A DNA stretch of 64,000 nt from NCBI GenBank assembly GCA_964276515.1, contig OZ193909.1, forward strand, positions 8,990,001 to 9,054,000, in the 5' to 3' direction. The notes beneath the pieces were generated by a model, which saw only the letters and a list, made by a program, of their open reading frames with translations, was not told the DNA's origin and did no database searches. The DNA comes from Gordius albopunctatus (taxonomy: Eukaryota). The position numbers and the translations under genes were made by a program. This document shows, piece by piece, positions 42,301-54,300 of the stretch (positions within the stretch are counted from its first letter, which is position 1; the number at the start of each line of letters is the position of its first letter).

Positions 42301-45300
42301 AGTGAAAAGATTAAAGCTTTTGGGGGTTGATATAAAATCAGTGATTTTTTTGACAAGACTATTTGTATCTTTCTTCTCAGAAATGCAAATGTTACTCTTT
42401 TTAGGGAAGTATGTATAAATGGAATATCGCTTAATAATAAAGCGCGGAACTTAAATTTACAAATAAGAGTAGTTTGGAAGCTTTTAATCAAAAATACAAA
42501 TTCCGAAATTCAAAATTTATTAACTTGTCGACTTAATTTTTTAACATATATATATAAATATAAACGCAGCACTTGACACTAGCTAAATTAATTATAATTA
42601 TGATTATCAATAATTTTGTGTTGTCAATAATTTTGTGTTGTGTTTTGAAAAAAAATAATATCTAGGAGGGGGGGGGGGGGGTTCAAACCCGAAACCCCTC
42701 CCCCCCCCCTTCCCTACGCGCTTGAGTCAGATTGTCATCTTTACCATTTTTTATTTGTAATATGTAAAATATAAGCATGTTACATTTGCATTCTCTATGT
42801 TTTTTATAATAAATCAATGGTTTTATTGATTCGAGTTAGCTTACACTAATAGGAAGTTAGAATACCCGCTAAAGGGACTACAACTACAAGCCCCGAGCAT
42901 TTTTAAAATTTTCGTTTTTAACTTAATTTGTGAGAAAACTATTACTATTTTCTCACTGAATATTTTTCCTATAGTAAAAATAGACCTTAAAAATACGTTT
43001 TAACAAAAAATTTGAAATAATAATTTTTAACGCCATTTGATATTTTAAGGCTATTTAGTCCCGGTCTCCCTATTCTTACTTTATGAATAAAAAAGCCTCT
43101 TAGCTCCATTAATACCATCAATTTTTGGGGAATAAAAGTAAATTACTAAACATGACTCCAAATAGGACATAAAGAACAATAGAATAACTTTAAACAGTTT
43201 TTGTTAATATTAAATTATAAAATCTCTTAAAATTAAACAAAACTTTTTACTTATTATACCTTTATTTAAAATACCAATATAAAATCCCCTCAATATTTGT
43301 TTTCAACTTCAATTTATTGTCAATTGCTTTTTTAGTTATAAAAAGTCAAAATTTATGAGACCTATTTTATTTATTAAATTCTTTCGATTATACTATATTT
43401 TAAATATAATATTTTTAGGGCCTAAAGTTTATTATTATTAATAATGATAAAAATGCATTCGTCAGAATGAGATTATCGTTTTTTGTCATATCCATTGCTT
43501 AAAATAAAACTCGGGCCTTCGGCCCTCGTGGAAAGGGGGAGGGGGGAAGGGAAGGGGGAACAAAACTCATCTATACTCCGTATAAACGAAGCATATTTGC
43601 TATGCAATTTATGGGCGAGAAAGGTCGGAAGGGGCAGAAATGCCTATAGAAGGGTATTAAATGAAAAATGATTAGTTAATTATTTATGCAAATTCTCGAT
43701 TTAATTAAAAAAAATTGCCCTCGCCGGGATTCGAACCTACATTAAATAGAGGCATAAGCCTTTGTAGCACAGGGACCCATAGAAGCATAGGCCCTTGTAG
43801 GGGAGGGCATAGGGTAATTATCAATGTTAACCTATTCAAAAACAAAAAACGAAAAATTTGGATTTATTTGGCCAATGGTCATTTTTTCATTGGTCAGTAG
43901 CCTGCGGACGGTCAAAAAGTCATATTATCCATGGTATTAACAAGAACATAATATTAATTTAATTTAAAAAAAAATAAAAATTTTGTCCTCTCAGGGTCTC
44001 GAACCATCAATTTAGAACGTTCGCCGGGATTCAAACCCACATCAAATAGAGGCATAAGCCTTTGGAGGGGAACAGGGAACTAGTGGTGATCAAAACCTAG
44101 GTTGGGTTTTCCCGAGGTCAAACCCGAGGTGTGTTTTGGGTTAAGGTTGGAAAAAGACCTTTAAGGTCTTTCAGATTCCCTAACCCAAAACTGGGGTGGA
44201 ACCCCAAAAAGACCTTAAAAACCTTAAGGTCTTTTATACACCCAAACCTTAAACGAGACAGGGATGGCATGGCGAATTTAATTACAAGCTAGATGGTGCT
44301 AAAACAATCTAGCCAATATTATTTTTTAATTAATTTACCCCAAGATTATATTATGAAATTAAATGAATAATAATAAAAAAATCATTTTCTATTTATTATA
44401 TATTAAAATATTTAAAAAAAATTCATTTCTTCATTAAAAAATAAATATATTAATATCTAAAAAATAATATACTCTTATTTCACGCCTATACTTCAAAACA
44501 TTAGCCCCAGGTCAACCTAACCCCAACCCCGGGTTAAGGTTTGGGTTTATAAAAGACCTTAAGGTTTTTAAGGTCTTTTTGGGGTTCCACCCCAGTTTTG
44601 GGTTAGGGAATCTGAAAGACCTTAAAGGTCTTTTTCCAACCTTAACCCAAACCTTAGGTTTGGGTTGTACAAACCTAGGTTTTGATCATCACTACAGGGA
44701 ACCATATCAAAAGAGGCATAGGGCCTTGTAGGGGAGGGCATAGTGTAATTATCAATGTTAAACTATTCAAAAACGAAAAATTAAAAATTCGATTTATTTG
44801 GCCAGTCGTCATTTTTTGTCAGTAGCCTGCGGACGGTCAAAAAGTCATATTATCAATGGTATTAACAAGAACAAAATATTAATTTAATTTAAAAAAAATA
44901 AAAAAAATTTGTCCTCTCCGGGTCTCGAATCCGCAACCTCAAGGTCGGGAAGCTGGTGTAAATAACTTGGTGGACGACGGACGGACGACGGACAAAAAAA
45001 ACGGGCCCATAAATTGCATAGCAATTAATATGTATTTTTAACGGACTTAATGCTTTAATAGTTTTATTTTATATCGCTTAAATGTTTTGCATTCGTAGTA
45101 AGTAGGTATCATGCATGGGCGTTGCCAGGTTTTGGGTTGGGGGGGGCGAAATTTTTTTGGGAAAAGTTAAAAAAAATAATTTTACGGTATATTTTTTGCT
45201 TAACTATTCAGAAATTTTCCCTCAACCCCTAAAAACTCTAAATTAATTAACAAGGACAGGACATTAGCTAGCCAGAATTTGGATTGGGGAGGGCAAAAAA

Positions 45301-48300
45301 GTTTTGAGTGTAAACAAATAAATTAAATGTAAATGGAGGGCCACATTGAATTTAATAAAAGTTTTTAGAAATATTTTCATATATTTCTAAGGATCCATTA
45401 TTATTATGATAATTAATAAAAGTATAAATACACTCTTCGATCCTTTCCGACTTTGGAAAAAATCTAATCTAGTAGATTCAACTAGGTCCTGTCCTTCCTC
45501 CTGGTGAGGGATCAATATATTAATATAATTTAAGGGGTCTTCTTTTTTCTCTTGTTCTTTTCAAGACGTCAAAGAATGGCCAAGGTGTTTTGATTTGAAT
45601 TTTCATGTCGAATTAAAATAATACAAGTTGTATAATTTACAAATATAATTAATACCTTCATCAATATTATGTTTTAAGAAACATCAAATGGCTTAATGAT
45701 CAAAATTAAGATGTAAATTTAGCAAAAATTTAAAAATTAATTCTTTATATTATATACATTAAGAAAATGACAAATTATGATACTTTTAATTTTATAATAG
45801 GATGGATTATCTATTCGAAATTGTATTTAAATATTTAAATTTTATCAGCGAAAGAAATTAAAATTTAAAGCGATGAACACAAATTAGATTATTTTTAAAT
45901 TTTATAAAAAGTAACTGTAGTTTTAATTGAATAGTGATTGATTTAATGTAGCTAACTACAGTTGCAGTTCCTCTGAGTCTGAAGTAAAAGTAACTGATTA
46001 CAATCACTTTTCTGAAGAAAAGGAACTAGTTTCAATGGGATAGTACTTTTTCATTCTATTAATTCATTAACCTTAATGTATCATTTATAATAATCGCGGT
46101 AAATTTGTTTAATATTATTTATAAATTATACTAAAATTTAGTACAATATTAGTTTTTTAATTTTTTTTATTTCGTTTCTCAGATAAACATATGCTATCGC
46201 ATTGCATGGAGGCGTTCTTATAGCCCATCAACTTTCTGCAATCAAACAACCATTTTACAAAAGCGCTTGATGGGTGCTCATGGTAATTTGACATGCACTT
46301 ACGGATGTTCTGGTGTTGTTGGTCCATTGTATTTTCAATGCACTGATTTCAGCGTAATCAATGATTGGACATCGGGAGTATATTGCTATCCCTATCGCTT
46401 TCCCTCTTCAACCAATGAATTTGCGATTTCGTAAATATTTCTAAATATATGTAAATGTTATAATATTGCTTAAAAACATATATATGAAGCTGCCCATACC
46501 GACAAAAAAAACCCCCCAAAAATTAAGAACGTTCATTATTTATTTCAGTTAAAAAAATATTTTTTCCAGGGAACATGTATTTAGCTAAGATACCAGAAAT
46601 GCCAAAAACTGCAGGCACAAAAATTAAAATGGATTTTGGCCTTGGGCCAGGGTTAGACAAATAAGAAGTAATCAGCGGTCATGGTAAATTTGTAAGGAAT
46701 TATTTAGTCAGGTTTGCAGTGATCCGCTATAAAGTAACAAGATAGATAAATTGTCAAAAAAATTTATATGTAAAGATAAAAGTTAACCACCCACACCAAC
46801 AAAAAATAAAGAAAATATTCAGCCAAAAAATTTTTTTAGCAGAAAATATGTGTATTTAAAGCTAAGATGCCATAAATTCCAAGGCCTGCAGGCACCAAAA
46901 TAAAATTGGATTTTGGCCTTTGGCCAGGTACATATAAAGTAGAAGCAAGCAACGTTCATCATTAATTTGCAGGGGATTATTTAGCCAGTTCCGCAATTAT
47001 CCGATATAAAGTAGAGATCTGCACTGGCAGGCCCGGCCCGCCGACGGGCCTAAAACCCCAGCCAGCGGGTGGGTACAGACGAGCTTTTATAAAAATTTTA
47101 ACGGACAGGGCCCGGACGGGCTCAACAATTAATAGAACTGGTTTGGGCTGAGATATTTTTAACGGGCTTGAACAGGCCGACATTTTATAAAGGGGATTTA
47201 AGTGGCCTGATATTTTATAAACGGTCATAAAATTACAAACGCCCTTAAATGTAAGACAATTATATTAATATATAATTTTAATTAAATATATAGTTTATTA
47301 ATTGCTGATTAAACAATTTTTTTGTAATACCTAATTTTTGGATAACCTCTCCTCTACCATGCATTCAATTTTTTCGGAATATAAGCTATTACTACTACTA
47401 CTTACGACTACTTACTACTACTACTACTACTACTACTACTACGCCTCTCTCCCTCCCTCGTTATTACGCCACTACTGTTACTAGAGCCCTGCAAAATTGA
47501 ATTTTATCGGCCCGAGCCCGACCCAAGCACGAAACTTTTTTTTATTTTTTGCCCGAGCCCGACCCGAGCCCGATTTGTTTTTTTCACTCAGGCCCGACCC
47601 GAGCCCGAGCCCGGCCCGACTTTTGTAAAAATTTAAATTTGTATGCTCGACGGCTATACTAGGCGTAACTGTATTAACCGGAGGATTAGCGTTAATCCTT
47701 TCCTCCATTCTTCTTCTTCTTCTTCTTTATCGTGTTGAAAATCCCACAGACGTGGGGTACGTTTTCAGCAGCCTCTTCCATCTGAGTCGTGTGAATGCCA
47801 TGCCAATTTCCATCTGTTTGACGTCCATATCCTTTTCGACCAGTCGTTTCCAGGTGGCACGTGGTCTGCCCCTTCCTCTTCTTCCAGGCACGTCCATCTC
47901 CAGTGTTCGGCGTGTGACATCGTCTTCGTCTCTTCGTAATACATGGCCGTACCACCGCAGTCGATTTTCTCTTAAGAAGTCCTTCGTCGCTTGTATACCC
48001 ATCTTTGTCATCAAGGATTCGTTCGTCATGCGATCCAGCTTGGTGTAGCCTAAGCTCCATCGCACCATTCTCATTTCCTTGACTTGCAAGAGTTTCTCCT
48101 CCGCGGTGGTTACAGCCCATGTTTCGCTCCCGTAAAGCAAGACCGGTCGCACGATGGTTTTGTACGCCTTGCTTTTCAACCAAATTGGTATCTTTTTGTC
48201 ACACATGACACCGGAGATGCTGCGCCACTTGAGCCATGCTTTCTTGATCCGAGAATGGACTTCGGCGGTACATCCTCCCTCTTGATGTAATAGCGAGCCA

Positions 48301-51300
48301 AGATATGTGAACTTATCAACCTCCGTGTACCTTGGACCGTCAATTTTGTGCATTTGCGGACTACCGCCCATCGTTTGCATGTAAACCGTTTTCTTCTCGC
48401 TGACCTTTAACCCGAATTCCGAGAAACGTTCTGACCATTTTTTCGCCTGATGAAAAACCTCTTCTCTTGTTTCATCGCATAGGACAATATCGTCAGCATA
48501 TAGCATAGTCCAAGGGGCTGGCTTGTGCAAGTCCTTTGTTATTGTATCCGTAATTAGATTAAACAAGAATGGGCTTAACGCTGATTCTTGATGTAGTCAG
48601 ATCATTATTCGGAAGGGTTTCGTTACTCCTACGGTAGTCCTAACAGATGCAACCGCGCCATTATACATTTCCTTGATAAGTCGAACATATCCTTCGGGTA
48701 TATTTCTGGCTCTAAGGGACCACCATATTAAGTCTCTCGGAACCGTATCGTAGGCCTTTTCTAAATCGATGAAGACCATGTGTAATTTCTTATGTCGCCA
48801 TATTTTTCCATCGTCTGCTTCAACGCAAAGATTGGGTCCATTGTTGATTTACCGGCCACAAATCCAAACTGATTGGGCGAGAGACAAACTTCGTCATTGA
48901 GCCTTTTCACTAGCACCCTTTCTAGTAGTTTTAGTGAGTGGCAGGTCAACTTGATAGTTCTAAAGTTGCCACATTCCTGCGCGTCTCCTTTACCTTTGTA
49001 TATGGGTATGATCGTACTTTCCCTCCATTGGTCAGGGATACGACTCTCATACAGCATAGCGTTAAATAGGCCTGTCATTATGTCGATTCCTTCTCCTTTG
49101 CACCCAAGCCAAGCTTCGATCGGTAGATCATCGGGACCTAGCGCTTTCCCTTTCCGCATCTTCGTTAGTTGCGCTCCTATTTCATAAGCCTGAAATGGTA
49201 AAACCAAGTTCGAGTTCGGTTCCACCCTCTCTAGCGGTCTTCTATCATTCGTTTTGTTCATCATATTTTGGAAATAATTTTTCCATCTTTTGATGACTTC
49301 CTTCGGTTTGCACAACGTTCGTCCCTCTTCGCTTTTAATGACTTTAAGTGTCCCGACATCTCGACTTTTTTTCTCCCTGATCTTTGCGAGTTTATACATG
49401 ACTATGTCGCCGCCCTTGGTATCGAGCTTGTTTGCCATCTCGGTGTAAGCCTCGTTCTTTGCTATCGCGACCGCTATCTTAGCTTTGCGTTTCGCTTCAC
49501 GATATGTCTCGTAGTCTTCTCCTTTCTTCGTTTACTCTACCATCGTAGGTACAACGCCTTCTTTTCTTCTATAGCCTCTTTGACCGAGTCATTCCATCAC
49601 CATAGTTCACGCTTGTGAGCTCTGCCGCCCTTAGTTCGTCCCAAGATTTGAAAGGCCGTTTCCTTTAGAACATTTGCAACGGTACCCCACCTTTTGTTAA
49701 TGTCGCCCTCCAAGCCTGCAACTTTCAAGAGCGGAGTTGCTCGAGCGTGAAACATTTCATTTGCATGATCATCCTTAAGCTTTTCGTACTTTGTCCTTGG
49801 TGTGTAGACTTTTCTCCTTACGGGAAAAATCTTTCTTGCTATATCGAGGATAACTGGCCGATGTTGTTTGGTGATTTCTTTCCCCGGTATAACCTTGCAA
49901 TCTTTAACTTGCCACAAATTTTTGCGCTTCACTAATATGTATTCGACCTGTGTAAGGTTATTTCCACTACTGTACGTCGCTAAATGTTCGGTACGCTTCT
50001 GAAAAAAGGTATTCACAATGGCTATATCGTAAGCTTGCGCCATCTGTAGTAACTTCTCTCCCTCTTTATTTTTACTCCATAGCCATGCCCGCCGTGATTT
50101 CGTTTGTACACGCCCCTTTCTTTCCCAACGTGCCCATTAAAGTCTGCTCCGATGATGAGATTCTCGTCAGGCTTCACGTAGCGTATTTCTTCTTCGAGCT
50201 TCTCATAGAATTCGTCCTTCTCGTTTTCGGAACATCAAACCTGGGGCGAATACGCACAAATAACATTGACAAGGCCGCCTTGATCCGCCAGCTTTATGCA
50301 CATCAATCTATCTGAGTTGACTTCGACTACCTTGTCCTTAAAGGAATCGCTAAGCACTATACCGACCCCGTTCTTCCGTGATGGGGAACACGAGTAGTAT
50401 AGCTTGTAACCATCTCCTAGCTCCCTGGCTTTTGTTCCATGCCACCGCGTTTCTTGTAGACACGCTATGTGTATCCTTCGCCTTTTTAGCATCTGCGCAA
50501 CCTCGATGCTCTTCCCCGTCAGCGTGCCCACATTCCAGCTAGTCACTCTTGTCCGTTCGACAACTAGGTTCCTTAACCGCCTTCGTTGTGAGTGAGGCGG
50601 TGACCCTTGTATACTTTTCACATTGCACGGGCGGATGATGCAATGCGCGTCGTTTGGGGAGGACGCCCTAGCATTCTGGTATAAGTTAGTATTTGAAGCT
50701 GCCATGGTGTTTGGAGTTGCTTTTTACAGCCGGCTTCCGACCTGACGCCAACCCTCCACTTTTTTCACACGGACTTGGGACCGTCGTTGGTAGTGTTAAT
50801 CCTTTCCTCCATAATTATTAAATTTCGTATATGATGACAAATTTCATCAAATTTATAGCGAGGCAGCATTATTAAATTTCGATACTTTGGATTTAATAAT
50901 GCGGATAATTTATGAATAATATCAAGTTCGAATTTTGAATTTAAAAAGGAAAGAGCCTTTTTGGCCAAAGTGTTAAACTCTTCGCTAAAAAAGGGTTTTT
51001 TCAAACATTCGATTAGTCTGTAATAGCATATAAGAGTACTATGTTAATGGTCGGCTTTGCATCAGCCTCCAATTCATCACTAGCCGTTTTAAATGGCTTC
51101 AGAAAATTTATTAGCCTTTTAACTATTTCTATATCGATATTCTCTATAATTGCCGAATCACCCCGTGATTGCAAAACAGCCGATATATTATTATATTGGT
51201 TGTATATCAACTCTAGCATTTTGTATTTGGAGTTCCATCTCGTTTCTACTGGCAAATACAAAGTATGTTCAAGTTTATTTGTTAGTCTATAAATCATATA

Positions 51301-54300
51301 TGTATGTAACACCTTTAAATTACCCTCTTTGTTTCATATATATAACCAAATCTTTGCAATCTTTCAGACAATTACTTATACTTATCATTTCCTCATCGAT
51401 TTCGTTAAATGTATTTCTCAAAACAGTATTAATTAAATGGGCCGTACAGTTCAAAGGCTCAAGATCTTCAAAAGCCTTCTTCATGTTGCTTCCTTGATCC
51501 GTAACAAATATAATTTTGAGTACATCAATTTTATCGTAGCCTTAAAATTACACAAATATACATATATATTTTTACCTAATGACATAAAAATTTTTATTAT
51601 TTGTCTTTTTATATTTATTCCTGTTTTTCTCTCACCTTCAAACTGGCACGTAAACAATACAATTTTTTTTAATTCCCAACATTCGGTGATAAAATGACAC
51701 GTTAAGGTTATGTAGCTGACCTTTTTAAAGTCATCTGTCCACAAATCAGTGGTGGCTTTATAAAAAACATATATTAATAAATATATTTTTATTCATTTAC
51801 CCGCACACAAGGATTTTTTGAGATATTTATTAAGTTCACTAAAAACTCTAGCCCTCATCTCGTCTGCAATATTTGTAATATTGCGAGACAGCGTTGTAGG
51901 ATAAGGAATTATATTTTTAACATCTAAATTTCCATAAGTCGCGCCTATAGTGACAAAATATTGGCATGCATCAATAAACCCGTCGTCATATACACTTTCA
52001 AATGCGCGTAAATCCCTACCACAAAATAGAGACCGCGTGCATTCTTTTTTTATTTTATAATAATTGTTAAGATGTTTTTTTGTGGTCCACATAATTTATC
52101 CAATGTTGATTGAATTTTTTGATTTCCCTTATTTACAAGTGTCGAACATTTGTGCCTTTTTAAATGAGTTGTGCCTTTGGGTGTTATAAAAAAAATAATT
52201 CATTTAAAATCAAATTATTTATCAAAAAATTATAAGTTGGGAATTTATAAACAAAGAATTACCCGTAGTTTTGGAATTGTGACTTAAAAGTCCTTTGCAA
52301 AATTTGCATTTAACGTAATTTAACTTAGTTCCCTCTTTATTTTGGATTATTAGAAAATTCGCCCATACTGGCGATTTACCCAAGTATTCTTTAGTTTCAT
52401 ATTCACCGTTTTTTAACTTCTCAGCTACCAACTTTAAACTTTCCATCTCTAAACTAAATTTTATATAGGAAAAACTTGTTAATAATTCGCCAATAATTAA
52501 TGAAAAAAATATTAAAAATTAAACTTTCAGTAAATCAGTTTCAATAAAAACTTAAATATGAAGTGGGGTGGGACTTTGAATAGTTTTAATTAAAAAGTTA
52601 ATTCCTAAGCATGGAAAAGTTTCCTATTAAAAAAGTGTAATAATACTAAAAATATTAAAATAATGATATCTTACCGATGGGCTGGGATGGGAATGATAAT
52701 TTGATATTACAATACTGAAAAATTATGGAGGGGGTGGCGTTCTTAAATGGAAAAGTTTCCTATTAAAAAAGTGTAATAATACTAAAAAATATTAAAATAA
52801 TGATATCTTACCGATGGGCTGGGGTGGGAATGATATTGTGATATTACAACAATACTGAAAAATTATGTAGGGGGTGGCGTTCTTGATTCAAGTTCAACAT
52901 CAAATCCGACCCCCCCCCCCCCACCTCTCCCTTTCTCCTAACCTAACAACTTACCCCTAATAAATCATACTCACATACATTAACACATAAAACACACACA
53001 GTCTATTGTCTAAATATATTCTCTATGTAAGAATATGGTGGGTAGTAAAATTCTAAGATTATTTTGTATTGTAATTATATTTTGGATTAATATTTATTCA
53101 AATTTTTTTTCGAGCTCGGGCTACGGGTCGGGCTGGCCCATCAGGCCCGATCCAAGCCCAAGGCCCGATCAATGTTTTAAAATTTTCCCGAGCCCGGCCC
53201 GACCCCGTGCAGGGCTCTAACTGTTACAGACACCACACATCATCAATCACTCACATGCACTAAGGGTATAGTGTTGTATAAGCATATAACGCAACAATAA
53301 GATAGAGAGAGGGAGGCTCAAATAGTGCCGCGATTTTGCATAGGGACTAATTGCATTTTTGATATATATGAAAAGGTAATAAAAATAGGGAAAAAATCAT
53401 TTCTTAATGTTTTACCGTAAGTTGGTTCCACCACTCAGATGTTAAATTTTTTTAGCTATTCAATTTCGCCCTATAGAGCGTAAAAAAGAGTCATAAACGG
53501 TCATTTTCGCAACTTTAAATCGAAAGATTTCAAAAACCTGACGTATAGGAAAAAAACGAAAAACATATTTGTGTTCACTACAAATAACCCTATCAGAATA
53601 TGTTGACCGTTTCTCGGTTGATTTTTTTGTAGACCTGTGAATTATTAGTGCCATATATTTCAATAAATATCTTTGTTCTAATTAAAACTTAGGTGTATTA
53701 CCTGAAATAGATTAATCAAATCAATGTAAACTGCTTATTGAAAGTAGAATATTCTTAGGTAATTTTATTAACCTATTTTAATTTAATGTGAATGTGAATA
53801 CTGAATTGTAACTTCTTAGGTATATTAACTTAAATTAATCAAATAAAAGTATATTGTTTGTTGTTATTGAACGTTGAATATTCTCATGTATCTTTTTAAG
53901 TGTTTTGATTGAATGTTAATACTTTATTAAAACTTATTAGGTGTATTAACTCAAATTAATTAATCATTTAAATTGTAAATTACTGTTATCATAAAGTATT
54001 GAAGAAACCGTAATGCATTATCATATTGATGAATTGGACCGGGCGGGGAGTTCTTTCAAAAAAATATTGGGCGAGCCTGACGTTTTTTTAAAACGAGTAC
54101 AGACGAACCTAAAAAATTCACGGACGGACTCAGACGGGCCGGGAAAAATTAACGAACGGGCTCGAAGGGGCCTGATGTGTAATTGCAGATCTCTAATAAA
54201 GTAACAACCTACAATAATTATTATCAAATTAAATTTATATATAAAGGTGATTGCCAGGCACAAAACTATTAATGGAATTTAGGCTCGAGCGAGGTCGAAA

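Larger units (their letters stand above)
40568..43072. mobile_element. pogo-like MITE hosting a hAT insertion
   Basis: TAGGGGAGACTAGGGCTAGTAG ... CTATTTAGTCCCGGTCTCCCTA, imperfect TIR with TA ends. Confidence 0.55.
47482..53219 (-). mobile_element. hobo/Hermes-like hAT transposon (defective), interrupted by an RTE
   Basis: TIR TAGAGCCCTGCA / TGCAGGGCTCTA; 8-bp TSD ACTGTTAC (47474-47481, 53220-53227); CCCGA/TCGGG subterminal repeats. Confidence 0.93.
47012..54195. mobile_element. Non-autonomous hAT-like element hosting a second hAT
   Basis: 12-bp TIR TAGAGATCTGCA / TGCAGATCTCTA, duplication ATAAAG(TA) on both sides, empty-site paralog ccgctataaagtaacaa at about 46724-46740, subterminal CGGGC repeats. 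Confidence 0.8.

Noticed and set aside
47385..47442. (ACT)n microsatellite
   Set aside because: Ordinary simple repeat inside the outer hAT-like element.
47692..50315. Overlapping and antisense ORFs across the RTE
   Set aside because: Alternative-frame shadows of the RTE coding sequence.
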